Assembly: GCA_036867785.1 (NCBI GenBank)
Contig: CP145410.1
Coordinates: 496,001-560,000, forward strand
Reading direction: 5' to 3'
Source of the DNA: Plasmodiophora brassicae
Lineage: Eukaryota
DNA: 64,000 bases
Shown: one piece after another, positions 35,089 through 47,056 of the stretch
How positions within the stretch are numbered: the first letter of the stretch is position 1
Layout: each line of letters starts with the position of its first letter
Notes under the pieces: generated by a model
The model's database searches: none
Seen by the model: only the letters and a program-made list of their open reading frames with translations
Told to the model about the DNA's origin: nothing
Translations under genes and position numbers: made by a program

Positions 35089-35778
35089 ATGACGGCAGCA
35101 ATCATCGCCCATCGGCGTCTAATGCACGCTGCCGGACAAGCGCTAGCGGGGCAGCATCGCCTCGGGCCTGTACATATGAACCGGCGCGTTCGTCGTGTGC
35201 ACAGCGGGCGCCCGATGACCGGGTCAGGGCGACAAGTCAGTGGAGTGGCGCTATCGCCCAACATTCGTCTCGACGAGCGAGGCAAACTCAAGTATCGATC
35301 ACCTATCGCTTGTCGAGACAGTCTCCCTGACGACCGCTGTCGTAGGTACCATCTGTCGTCGACCGCTGTCGAGTATTGCAACAGGGTCGCTGAGACGCTC
35401 CGAAAGGATCAGCACGGGTTCGTCGTTGACATCTGTCAGCGGACGCGATTGCACTGGGCCCTCCAGCTGCATGATTCGCCAGCGCCGCAGGGCAACAACG
35501 AGGCGCAGTCGATGCTGTCGTTCACGTCCTGGCTGAAATCGTCGGCCTGCTCGGTGCCGGGCGTCACAGAAGACAAGCTGATCGGCGATATCGCCATATC
35601 GAACCTGAACGAGGAGCAGGCGTCGCTGCTCCTGCACGACACCTGGCAGGTGCCCAGGTGGAACCAGGAGATCGTCGCCCTGCGCTACAAAGTGAAACTC
35701 ATACGCCTGTACTGGCTGATGGGTACGGGCGCCGGCAAGGCGACGCTGTACCAGTCCCCGGTCAACGTCTTCTGCTGA
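35089..35778 (+). CDS. Hypothetical protein
   Basis: Open frame of ~230 aa with coding-like codon usage in its 3' half. No recognised domain; start uncertain. Confidence 0.4.
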   Translation: MTAAIIAHRRLMHAAGQALAGQHRLGPVHMNRRVRRVHSGRPMTGSGRQVSGVALSPNIRLDERGKLKYRSPIACRDSLPDDRCRRYHLSSTAVEYCNRVAETLRKDQHGFVVDICQRTRLHWALQLHDSPAPQGNNEAQSMLSFTSWLKSSACSVPGVTEDKLIGDIAISNLNEEQASLLLHDTWQVPRWNQEIVALRYKVKLIRLYWLMGTGAGKATLYQSPVNVFC

Positions 35779-35820
35779 CTGACGACGACCGCTCTGTTAA
35801 TAACAGCGAACGCCCCCTTG

Positions 35821-37203
35821 TCATGGGCCATGAATGGGCACCACCGCGTCGTTGGTCCTCGTCGTCGTGCAGTGCAGGAAGTCGAGCTCGTTCTCCTTCT
35901 GCAGGAATCGCTCCCAAGGGCCGCCATGGCCGGCGCCGACGTACCTGGCGAACGTGTCCTTTCGCATCAGCTGCAGGACCTCCGCCCTGGCGACGTCAAA
36001 CGTGTCCGGTCGAATCGTCGGGTCGGCGGTGGCCGCTCGTAACGCGCCGGCGCTAACGTTCACCGTCTGCGCCGAATGATCCGACACGAGGAACGTCTTC
36101 CGGATCTGCTCCCCGTCGAGCCGGCGTCGATCCTCGGGCAGATGCGGCCAGTTCCGCTCGAACTTTCGGACGGCTTCCCAGAACAGCAGGTTCTCGGTGC
36201 TGAACTCGAGCGTCGCCGCCCTCATCATCATGTCGTAGCCGTCGCGCGTCCCGAGGAACTTCTCGAACAACGACGCCGGCACGCCCGACTCGTCGAGCAG
36301 CGCCTGGCGTTCGGTGGCGTGCTGGTACAGGGGGACGACGACCAGCTCGAACTGGACGTAGGGCGTGGCGATGCCGATCGGGATCACGTAGATGATCCCG
36401 GCGATCGTCACCGTGTCGTGCCAGGCGCGGACGGACCCGAAGTACAGGGCCAGGCCGACCAGGATGACCAGGTGCGTCACCCGGTGGCACAGGTCGATGC
36501 GCCGGAACGACCGGACGATGCCCAGCGAATCGCTCGCCGTCTTCCGCAGGTACCGGATCAGTGGAGCAATGTAGGCGGCAAACACGACGAGTCGCATGGT
36601 CAGGACCGCCAGGTACACGGTGCCGGGGCGCCCGCCGTCCAGCACGGTCGCGTAGAACGGCCCCTGGAGCTGGTCGTGGTACACGACGACGACCAGCAGC
36701 AGCGGCCACTGCCAGATCGTGTTCAGCGCCAGGAACAGGAGCTCAACTCGGACGCTGTTCAGGTACGTGTGCGCCTCGAACCACGACCGCCCGCTGCGCT
36801 CAGCGCTGCCGGCGGGCGCCACCCGCGCCGACGTGGACCCGTCGAGCATTGTCTTCCGTCGGGGGCGTCGCGCGTCCCGCTCCCGATGCAGGTTGAACAG
36901 GAAGAAGTAGTTCCAGACGAGGACGACGATCGCGTCCAGGGCCAGGCCCATGAACGCGAAGTGCCAGGCGATGACCTGCCAGGCGGCGACCCTGTCCGGG
37001 TACACGAACGCGACGACGTTGCTGGACGTGAACGCGAGCGCGCACGCGAAGAAGAAGCAGGTCGTGTGGGGGCGCCGCGCCGACACGCATCGCGACGACC
37101 GGCGGGTCGCCCAGAACAGGATGACGGCGGGGACCATCATCGCCCCACAGGCGAGCCCGGTCCCGCCCACGACCGACGCCACGATGTACACCGGCGGCCA
37201 CAT
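35821..37203 (-). CDS. Seven-transmembrane RGS protein (7TM-RGS)
   Basis: About seven hydrophobic helices, then an RGS box (FEKFL...EFSTENLLFWEAVRKFE...VNVS...FDVARAEVLQLMRKDTFARY). Intronless. Confidence 0.88.
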   Translation of the reverse strand: MWPPVYIVASVVGGTGLACGAMMVPAVILFWATRRSSRCVSARRPHTTCFFFACALAFTSSNVVAFVYPDRVAAWQVIAWHFAFMGLALDAIVVLVWNYFFLFNLHRERDARRPRRKTMLDGSTSARVAPAGSAERSGRSWFEAHTYLNSVRVELLFLALNTIWQWPLLLVVVVYHDQLQGPFYATVLDGGRPGTVYLAVLTMRLVVFAAYIAPLIRYLRKTASDSLGIVRSFRRIDLCHRVTHLVILVGLALYFGSVRAWHDTVTIAGIIYVIPIGIATPYVQFELVVVPLYQHATERQALLDESGVPASLFEKFLGTRDGYDMMMRAATLEFSTENLLFWEAVRKFERNWPHLPEDRRRLDGEQIRKTFLVSDHSAQTVNVSAGALRAATADPTIRPDTFDVARAEVLQLMRKDTFARYVGAGHGGPWERFLQKENELDFLHCTTTRTNDAVVPIHGP

Positions 37204-37318
37204 CGGAATCGGGGGCTGGGTGCGGCGGCACGATCGTCCCCTCCAGGCGGGTCCATGGCCGGTCACGTGATGTGCCCCCGGCGGCGCGTGCCACCCCGCG
37301 AATAGGTATCTGCCGTCG

Positions 37319-38776
37319 ATGCCAGCAGCGACGACGACGATCACGGTCGTGCTGGGTCGAGCAACGGCCCGTGTCGCATTCGACCCCGGGACCTGCCCCG
37401 TTCTGCAACCGCCGCGCCTCTGGGCGGCGCTCGACTTCGACGCCGCCCAGATCGAGTTCCTGCGCGTGACCGGCCTGCGCCCGGTCGGCCACCCGGTGCC
37501 GATCGCGGCCGTGCCGATGAGGTTCGTCGGGCAGGCCCTTCAGCGGTGCGACGAGAGCGTGGCGGAGGTGACGGGCGTTCCAACGAGCGGGCTGAACGAC
37601 GGCGAGACGTACGAGGTCGTCGTCCGGGACACGCGCGACCTGCTCGCCGAGAGGCTGACGGACGAGCAGCGGCGCCAGATCGACCTGATCTGGGCGACGG
37701 TCGCCGCCGATGGCGAGTACAGCGTGCCTGTCGGTGTCGTCCTGGAGCGGGTGCGCGCGTTCGAGATGGACCTGCTGCGCGAGTCGGTTCAGGGCCGACC
37801 CGATCGACGCGACCTGCTCGAGCGCCTGTTCGAGCAGAAGGTGGAGCAGGAGCTGGCCCTGTGGCGGACGTTCGACGTGCGCCGCACCGGGTACATCAGC
37901 AGGGACGACCTGGTCCTGGGCGTCGGCCCGATCATCCGCATTCGATCCGGCCTGGCGGATCTCGACGACCCGAACGTCATCGCGTCCGTCGCCCAGTACG
38001 ACGACAATCATCGATGGTCCCCGATGCCCTCCTATGGTTGCCATCGAGCCGGCGACGACGACCATGGGCAGACGTCGGCACCTACCGGGCAACAGCAACC
38101 ACGAAGCGGACCCGCTGCCCCTGTCGGCAACGACGACGACGACGACGTGGAACCGTTCGCTGTGGAGGCCAGCGCTGGGCGCCAGACCCGACATGGCGCC
38201 AGCACTGGCGTATCCATCATGGACCAGCAGCGTCCTTCGGGGCGGGTCGATGTGCAAACGCAGACGAGCCCGGTGAACGGAAACAGTGACGACGACGACG
38301 ACGACGACGATGACGATGACGACGATGGCCAGGACGAGGCGGCGGCGACAGAGACGGAGACGGCGTCGGAAAGCGTACCTGGATTGGATCGCGTAAGGCG
38401 TAAGGTGGTTCGTGTGGTGATCTGTCGGCCTGGGTCGTGGTGGAACGCGAGAACGATCAAACGGGTTATGCTCCTGCATTCGTCACCGGACATGAGCGCG
38501 CATGCCATCTGGTATAAGAAGCCGAGCAAGACCTGGGAGCACTGCGAGTACATCCCGGTGGAGCGCATTACGCGCGTCGTCTTGGGACCCGGCGAGTTCC
38601 CCGGGAACGAGTCGAGCAGCATCCAGGATGGTGCCCGCGACGGGTTCCACTTCACCATCGAGTACGCGTCCGGGAGCGGCGACGACGACCGCGAGCACCT
38701 ACACGTGTCCATGAAGCGGGAGCGAGATCGGGACGCCTGGTGCAACGCGCTCCGTCACCTCATCCAGCAACGATAA
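37319..38776 (+). CDS. EF-hand plus C-terminal PH-domain protein with a poly-Asp linker
   Basis: EF-hand-like FDVRRTGYISRDDL; (GAC/GAT)n Asp run at ~38288-38326; PLC/Mcp5-type PH signature IPVERITRVVLG...FTIEY...LHV...RDAWCNALRHLI. Confidence 0.7.
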   Translation: MPAATTTITVVLGRATARVAFDPGTCPVLQPPRLWAALDFDAAQIEFLRVTGLRPVGHPVPIAAVPMRFVGQALQRCDESVAEVTGVPTSGLNDGETYEVVVRDTRDLLAERLTDEQRRQIDLIWATVAADGEYSVPVGVVLERVRAFEMDLLRESVQGRPDRRDLLERLFEQKVEQELALWRTFDVRRTGYISRDDLVLGVGPIIRIRSGLADLDDPNVIASVAQYDDNHRWSPMPSYGCHRAGDDDHGQTSAPTGQQQPRSGPAAPVGNDDDDDVEPFAVEASAGRQTRHGASTGVSIMDQQRPSGRVDVQTQTSPVNGNSDDDDDDDDDDDDDGQDEAAATETETASESVPGLDRVRRKVVRVVICRPGSWWNARTIKRVMLLHSSPDMSAHAIWYKKPSKTWEHCEYIPVERITRVVLGPGEFPGNESSSIQDGARDGFHFTIEYASGSGDDDREHLHVSMKRERDRDAWCNALRHLIQQR

Positions 38777-39187
38777 ATTTCAATACGGCGTTGCACACTG
38801 TCGCCTTCGACATGTTCTGTTATCTAGCGACAGGGTCGGTTGCCCTTCCCAGCGTTCAGCAGTGAGGCGCGGATGAAAGCGGGCGTGCTCCGATCGGGAG
38901 GCCTCACGTGCGCTGACTCAAACTAGACGCGTCAGACCCTCCGGAGTACCTAACACGCCGATCCTGATGATCAGAACGTCCCGGGTCAGCCTGGCGTCAC
39001 AATCCTCTGGCCCGGCTACCTACGTAGGCTTTGCTGACAACGTGTTTGCGCTGCCACTGGTCAACAGCAGCGACGTTTGTGAATATACGCGCTCTCGACA
39101 CGGGCACACAACGATTGGGAACAATCGATCCGACAGGCGAGTTTAGATCTAACGACCATCGTGGACGTTGATGGGAATGCGCATCAG

Positions 39188-42100
39188 CTACGGTTGTATG
39201 GGGAAGAACGTGCCAATGTTCAGCGACATGTGGCGCTGCTCCCGATCCTCGATCTTGCGGATGCGGACCTGCTTGAACGGGCCGAAGCATTCGCCATCGA
39301 CAACGACCCGGAACGACTGGTCTTCGCGGGCCGTCGTCAGTTTCATGTAGTTGACGTGCTGGAGCGGCTCCTGGATCAGGAACGCGTACCGGTTCTTCAG
39401 CTTCGCTTTGTGCTCTGATACCTTCGCAAACACCTGCGACACGGTCAGCAGGCAGTCGGCGTGACACATCTGAACGATCCGAACCTCGAGCCAGGGGTCT
39501 TTCGGGTTGGGCGGGAACGCCGGGTCGTCGGCCGACGGGATGTTCGAAATCGAGATGCGATCGAACGGGATGGACTCCTCGGCGGCCATGCTCTGGCGTC
39601 GTTGCACGTCATCGACGCACGGCTGGCCGGCAAGGTCGACCCTCGTCATTTGCAGGTTCAGCTCCAGCGGCACGTAGTTGAAGTCCTGCAGGGGCAGTAT
39701 TAGGGCGCGCGCACATATACATACAGAACCAGATCCACGAGGCGCCCGCGCGTCACCTTGTCACGGAACACTTCCTTGACATCGCGCAACGTGGCCATGA
39801 CGCCTTCACGACCCAGGTTCTTGAACAGCATGGCGGTGGCCACACGACCGATCTCCGCCCGCTCCACCAGCGGGATAATGAGATCAGGGGCGCCTTCCTC
39901 GACGGTCACGCGCCTCCATCCTGGCCATTACCACGACGGTTAGCAGGCCTTCCATATACCGAGGCGCTGCCTACACCACAGTACCTTCTATCTGGAACAG
40001 CTTGATCTGAAGAGAATATTCTGCTTCGCGAACGTAACTCTCGACGTTGGACTGTAAGAGTGCCCCGAACGGGGACAGCGGTTCCTCGGGTTTGAGTTCG
40101 TTGAACGTCGGCTCCTCCTCCGACATGGTCGGCACGAGGAACTGTCGCGACACCATGGGCACGTACAGCTGCCTGTTGTACCAGCTGTCGTACCGGGCAA
40201 TGTACGACGCCAGGATGCTGTTCCGGAACGGGACCAGGAAGAACCTGGACGACCACGTTAGCGCTTCGTACGGCGGCGGCTGGGCGTGCGTCGTTGTCCA
40301 ACCGAAGAGCGATGCCTTTAAGCGGTTCGCTCTGGCGTTGCATAAGCTCGACGTAAGCGGTAGCCACTTGGTGGATGATGGAGTCGGAACCGGCAATGCA
40401 CACGCGGACCTCGACAGGGTCCTGCGAGTCGGCGAACGCTTCGTACAGACGGAGGACCTTCTCGACACGATCAAGCAATGGCGTCTTCGGGAACGGCGTG
40501 CACCTGGGCGGCCAGTCATTCGCGTGCGTCGACAGCGAGGACGCAGGATGCCATTGTCGGGTCGGCGTACCCGAGCTGTTGAATGACTTCAGGCGTCGGG
40601 AACATGTAGTCCCTGGCGACCAGCCAGTGCAGGTGGGCGATCTCCGGCAACGATGGCATGAGGTTGGCGGCGAGAACAGGCGGCAGCGACAGATCGCTCG
40701 CAATGCGCTTCGCCTCGTTGGATCGGGCAATCTTCGTGAATTGGGCCCTGATCAGCGCGAAGTTTCGCTCCCGATGCGAAACGGCGTCCTCGGGCGATCT
40801 GTACATCGGCGACCGTTGGTCCCTCCCCGGTACAGAACGAGCGAACCTTGGCCCCTACATGTCGAGCGATTCCTGCAGGATGTTGACGGTTTGCCCGAAC
40901 AACAAGATGACATCCTCCTCGGTCAGCTTGTATACGTCGTTCGGGTCGATGGGCGCACTTGGCGAATGAATGATATCTGCCGCCATCAATCAGCAACAAT
41001 TGCAGGCCGCTGATGAGCGTTATCGTTCGGTACTGAGTAGGAGAAGGGCCTGCACCTCTGTGGACAGGCCCGATGCGAACACCTTGTTCTCGCCGTCAAT
41101 GTACAGGTCGGCGCTGTACAATCCGACCAGATGGGCGAAGTTGCTCGACAGGCTGCAGACGCTATCGATGACGTAAAAGATGGGCCGAGACCTTGGATTG
41201 CCCATTCAGGTCGGCATCGAGGACGCTGTCTCGCGCTCTGCAACGTACCGTTGGACCTGGGTGAGTTTGACGGAGCTCGTTTCTGGGACGCGACTTTCGG
41301 CGGCGAACCGCTCCAGAACTGTGTTGCCCGGTGCAAGCATCTCCTGCTTCAGCATCAGCAGCACTCGGCGTGCCACCTGCCGTACACGTCAGCATGGACC
41401 GTACATTATTGCACGGGGCATGGGAGGAACCAGAGAATATGGCGTCGGCCATGAGAAGAATGGTGACACGCGGTCGATGGCCGTTTGCAGAAAGGGCCCT
41501 GTAGGCGCTCGCCACTGCGCGATTAGACCGGTCAGTGCCCCATCTCAGTCGAGCCCGGATAGCTCGCGATCTGACATAGGACAGCATCGACCGAAGTAGG
41601 TGCAGAAGCGCCAGGAGCGAGTGCTGCTGCTCCATGCTCGACGGCTGCGATCGAATCGCTTGTAGCTGGGCCAGCACGATATCGAACACACGCAGGCGCG
41701 CATTCTAACTCTCACCGATCAGCATCGTCAACAGGACGACGTGCTGTCACGTCTTGACCTTCTCCTTACACTGCTGCAGAAGGTACGTGTAGACGAAAGG
41801 GAACGATTGGGACGGGAAGTCCTGTCGATGCAGTGTCGGGACGACCTCCTGCGTCAGGATCTTGAAGACCTGGCGGGGCGTATCCTCAGCGTTCGATTAC
41901 GGCGGCACGAGCGCCGGTCTCAGGGTGAACCTCTCGAGAATGCATAATATGGACGTTCGAGACAAGGCCGTCGAGGGCGTCCTTGTCCTCGCAGAGCTTG
42001 GCGGTGAGGATGGAGACGACTTCCGGGTACCCGGCCACGTAGGCGTCCTTCCGGAACGCTTCGATATGCGAACTCCAATTCATGACCACCTTCTTCAGCA

Positions 42101-42486
42101 GCGTATCCGGGCGGATATCCACGAACAGGCCCAGGAACAGGATCGAGTTCAGGAGGCTCTGCAGCGGGTAATCGGGCAGTTTCCTACCCAGATCAGTGCT
42201 GATCTGTGTGCACGACGCGACGTCAGAAACGCAGCCAGACCGGTTCGCAGTTGCCGCCACCTACCTCGACAAAGGTCTTGATGAACAGGCGCATGATGAG
42301 AACGGCTTCCCGGTTGTTCTCCGTGGACGTGATCTCCCTGAAGAAGATATCGTATTCGTGGCGGGACAGCATGCCGCCGCGGGCGCCGATGAACGTGTCG
42401 AACAGGTCCTGGACGGACAGGCCCATGGTCTTCATCGCCTTCTGGCTCAGCATGCCCGGGTTCCGGGTCGACACCATCGACGTCAT
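39188..42486 (-). CDS. PI3K regulatory subunit p101/PIK3R5-like protein (multi-exon)
   Basis: Spliced FSWPTPYSL|VARRVLLMLKQEMLAPG (intron 41377-41430). Also VRVCIAGSDSIIHQVATAY, FFLVP...LASYIARYDSWYNR, SYVREAEYSLQIKLFQIE and terminal LNIGTFFP. These blocks recall p101 in the same order. Confidence 0.6.
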
Positions 42487-42741
42487 CGCCGACCGACGAT
42501 GAGCGCCTGCGCTGACGACCAGGCACTGTGACGTAGCCCACAGGTACTATTCGACGTGCGACGTCGTGCACGATGCCGCTCGTCCGGCAAACGGCCGCGT
42601 GATTGGACGCTGCGGCCCATACCCTGTTGTTGTTGCTGGGTCTCCCCTCCTCGACCAAAGCGCAGTTTCAACTTGGAAACAGAAATAGCCTGGGGCTCCA
42701 TCAGCGAGCTGGTTGTCCAGGGCCGGAACGAAACCGCAGCA

Positions 42742-44755
42742 ATGGTCGATGGTAGGACGGCGCTGACGGGTACTGCCGCCCTGGCCATGTCGGTGCCGGA
42801 CCGGGAGGATCGTCGCCTAGTCGGCCTGGTGGCGCCCGCGGTCCAGAGCCGTGCCCTGCAGGTCCAGCGCTGCCTCCGGTACCTGGACGCCATCGACGAC
42901 AGGTTGCAGCGGTTCGCCTTCATGCAACGCTTGCACGTACGCGCGCGCGGGCTGTGTCTCCGGATCGCTGGTCAAACGTACTGAGTGGCGACGTTCGTCG
43001 TCGGTGTAGTCCAGCGATGTCGACCTGTTCTACATGCTGCTGATGACGCACCCGGACACGATCCTGCCTATCGTGTACACGCCTGCCGTCGGCCTGGCCT
43101 GCCAGCAATGGTCACACATGTACTTTGAACCGCAAGGCCTGTACGTGCCAATCTCGGCGCGCGGTGCGGTTCGCAAGGTCGTTGACAACTGGCCCGGCGA
43201 CGAGGTCGACGTGGTCGTCTTCACCGACGGCGGTCGCATCCTGGGCCTCGGAGGTATATGCTGGCTGGATCCGACGCACACGTTCGTTGTTCAGTGACGC
43301 GCGACGATCGCGTTAGACCTTGGCGCGAACGGCATGGGCATCCCGATTGGCAAGCTGGCCCTGTACGTCGCGTTTGCGGGTATCAGCCCGCGTCGCGTCC
43401 TGCCCGTCTGCCTGGACGTCGGCACCGACAATGAGCAGCTGCTGAACGACGACCTGTACATCGGGTTGAAGCAGAGGCGGTCGGCGACGTCGTTCGAGGA
43501 GTACGACGCGTTCGTTGGCGAGTTCATGGATGCGATGGCGGACCGGTTCGGTCGCACGACGCTGATGCAATTCGAGGATTTCGGTACGCAGACGGCGTTA
43601 TACCTGCTGGGCAAGTATCGGTCGCGCTTCACGACGTTCAACGACGATGTCCAAGGGACGGCCGTCATGACGCTTGCAGGCGTCATGTCGTCCCTGCCAC
43701 TCCTGGCCAGTCCTCATCTACACGAGCAACGCATCGTGTTCTTTGGAGCGGGATCCGCCGGCATTGGCATCGCCGACATGATCAGCAAGGCGATCTCTGT
43801 TTCTGGTAAGCCAGGGTTGCCGGCTATCAGGTCCGACGTTCCTAATCGGGGCGATGCAGGTGGCATATCGTTTGAAGAGGCACGACGGCGCGTGTGGGCG
43901 GTCGACTCGCGCGGGTTAATCGTCGCCAATCGTCCCGGGCGCCCTCTCGAACCGTACAAGCAAGGGTACGCTCACGAACACGAGCACATAAAGGACCTGC
44001 TCGACATCGTCAATGCGATCCGACCCAGTATCCTGATCGGCGTGTCGTCGCAGGTCGTTACTGTTAGCACCGGATCCATCCTAGGCAGGCGTAACTGACG
44101 TCGTTTCGCTAGGCGGGTGCGTTCAATGAGCAGATCCTGGCTGCCATGGCGATGATCAACAAGCGGCCCGTCGTGTTCGCGCTCAGCAATCCGACGTCGC
44201 AGTCGGAGTGCACGGCCGAGATGGCGATCGTGCACACCGAAGGCCGGGCGTTGTTCGCGTCCGGTAGCCCGTTCCCGCCTGTCACGTATCGCGGCAAGGA
44301 GTTCGATACGAGCCAGGCCAACAACGTGTACGGTTTCGCTGCCTGTTTGGGGGACTCGGATGGCGCGTGTTACTGAGTTCGCCTCCGGTTAGCTATGTGT
44401 TTCCTGGCATCGGGCTCGGTGCTCTGGCAAGCCAGGCGCTGCAGATCAGCGATGACATGATGGTTGTCGCTGCGAAAGCACTGTCATCGTTGGTCACCGA
44501 TGCGGACAGGGAGCGCGGCAACCTGTTCCCGCCGATGGACGGCCTGAGAAGAGTGTCGGCGCGCATTGGCACGGCCGTCGCTGAGGCGGCGTTCCGCAGG
44601 TAACGTGCTGTCGGGTACGGGTATGGCCAACGTATCTAGGGATGACGGTTTGTCGCAGCGGCTTGGCGTCTATTCCGCGCCCCGACGACGTTTCGCTTGC
44701 TGTGCGCCGTACGATGGTCTACGACCCGACTCAGTGCCTAGTCAGCAAGATGTAA
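42742..44755 (+). CDS. NAD(P)-dependent malic enzyme
   Basis: [63 protein letters not shown] and YVFPGIGLG. The last intron (44600-44658) gives the C-terminus ...[13 protein letters not shown]. Confidence 0.95.
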
Positions 44756-44948
44756 TTCGTTCACCGAAAGTGCACCACATGACATCGCCTCCTCCCTCTA
44801 TCGATACATGCAACGTACGTTACCAGTGGTAACGGTGCGACCGTTTGAGCAAGCAACGTCGCCTGCATCGTAGCCGATTCTCGAAGCGACGTTTAAAGAC
44901 AGGGTTACCTAATTGGTTCTGCTGCTGCTGCTGCCCTTTACTGCACAT

Positions 44949-46693
44949 TTACATGGTGAACGTAAAGCCCTGATGGTGGAAACGGACGTTGGTCGAGTGG
45001 AACCCATGGAAGGGATTGCCGCCATGGCCTTGCGGTTCATTGACGTCTTCGCCGCGATCATATCGAGCTTTCGTCTCAGGGTTGGACAGAGCGTCGTGCG
45101 CTTCCGAAATGTCTCTGTACATTTTCTGTGCGTGCTCGGTTTCTTTCTCAGATTTACCAACGTTCTGTGCTGATGTCAGAAACGCTCCACCAGTGCATAC
45201 GCTAGCAGACCCTGTCAGGGTGGTATTTCGCCGCCAGCTTCCTGAACGCTTTCTTGATCTCGGTGCCGTCGGCGTACTTTCTGATACCGAGGATCTTGTA
45301 GTAGTCCTTCCTCTTGGACTTCTTTAACTCCAATTCGGATCTTTGGCAGGCATCGTGTATCGACTGGTCGTTCGAAAGATGCTGTTTGGCCTGCACAGTG
45401 TGTCATAAATCGCTTGAGAACCATTGGATGCTGAAGGCACTGTACCGCGTTGCATTGCTTGACGGATTCCTCATACCGTTCCAATTGAATGTTGGCATCC
45501 ATTGTTAGCCTCCACGCTTCAGACAATCCTTGGTCTATGTCTAAGCATGAGCGACAAGCAGAAAGTGCATCCTCGAACCGATGCATCTGCCAGAGGATCA
45601 GCGTCATATCAAGAATGCGAAGAGTATTGTACCTTGGAGAACGCCCGACAGAGCTTCAGATGTATGTCCTTTTGTACACCTGGGCGGGGATGGCCCTTAA
45701 TGGACGACGCCAATGATGACTCGACTTCTAACGCCTCTTGGTACGATTCAACCGCAGCTTCCGCATTCCCGTCGGCGAGCTCAGAATCGGCGAACGATAT
45801 CGCCTTTTCGAGTTTCCTAGAAAATCGGGATACGTTAGCAGACGCGACAAACCATACGGGGAAGCCACATGACCAGACCTCAACTGTTTGTGGAAATGCT
45901 TCATCTCCTTATGTTCGGGATCCAACCGCAGCCCTTGCTTGAAATGCTTAAGTGCCATGTCATCCTCACCCAATTCATAAAATGCTTTGCCACGAAGCAG
46001 AAGGCCTCCCTATTGTACCCTCGAATTTCAGCAACCAGCACTGGACTCAAACGTGTACGGTATTATCGTACGATGTTATTCCCATCTGCTTTGAGCAGTG
46101 AACCGGCAGCCACAAGAACCTCTTGATATTGCTTCCGACCATAAAGGCATTGCGCCAGCAAGTACCAGCACTGCGTATCATGGGAAGCCACTTCCGTCAC
46201 TTCATTCAAACCAGGAATTGCCTGCTCGCAGGAGTGCTTTGACAATTCGATCGCTGCGGATCGTGTTTTCGACAGCTTGACCAGATTTCCACCGCGGACG
46301 GCGTCTGACGCGTCCTTCATATCAGGCTTCAATTGCAGCACTTGCTGGTAATCAAGCAGAGACCCCTGACAGCATCGACCCCCGTCAGAGGTTCCCATGC
46401 ACAAACTACCCCCAGCGTAATAACGACGTTACGTTGAAGTCCCCAACACGCGCCTTGTTCTTTGCTCGGTGCAGGAATCCTTCAACAAAGTCCGGGTTGA
46501 GCTTGATCGCCTGATCCAGCTCGCCGATCGCGGCCGGGATGCGCATCTTCGCGACAAGGCCGGCCGCTGCCCGAAAATGGTCCTTGTACGTCATCGCCGG
46601 CGTCGGCGCCGACCTAGCTGAGCAGAGCAGGCCGCTGTCGGACCATAGTGCCATCAGCACTGCCCATGACGTCGCCCAGAGCATCATGGCCAT
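44949..46693 (-). CDS. DNAJC3: DnaJ homolog subfamily C member 3 (P58IPK-like; signal peptide, TPRs, J domain)
   Basis: Hydrophobic N-terminus, TPRs ([16 protein letters not shown]), [13 protein letters not shown]...YHPD and a GGNPF...FTFTM end. Multi-exon. Confidence 0.88.
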
Positions 46694-47056
46694 GAACCCG
46701 CCGGGGGCCACCCGGCTTTGATGGGTCCGGCAAAAGAAGACGCCGTCGCGGACACTGGTTTTGCCCAGGCCACGGCCCACGGGACGGCCTTCCAAACAGT
46801 CACCATTCCTCACTCCTCAGAGGACGCGCTTGACGTTGTGGTCATTGAACCCCCGATTGGATCAGAAAGTTCGTCGGGGGCACTAGCCACATGCGAAATT
46901 CACAGAGGTTCTCCAGAGACCACATACTGCGAATCGGACAGGGTACGTCTGATGTTTTATGGAAGAGTGTGATGGCAACGGCAGTGCTGTCAGCGGGAAT
47001 GGTCTACGGGCAACATATGGCACGTCAGTAAAACGACAAGGGACAAGATGGTCTAT

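Noticed and set aside
34612-35112. Possible small minus-strand spliced gene or hammerhead-like CTGACGA/GAAA motifs
   Set aside because: No consistent exon chain or complete hammerhead core could be built.
36076-38479. ORFs 36076-37305 (+) and 36800-38479 (-)
   Set aside because: They are shadows of the 7TM-RGS and EF-hand/PH genes on the opposite strands.
38780-39180. Intergenic segment with some pairing potential (GTGAGGC/GCCTCAC, AGGGTC/GACCCT); considered as RNase P/MRP, U3 or SRP RNA
   Set aside because: I could not find a complete set of conserved boxes, and short stems are expected by chance at this GC content. An Infernal/Rfam scan would decide.
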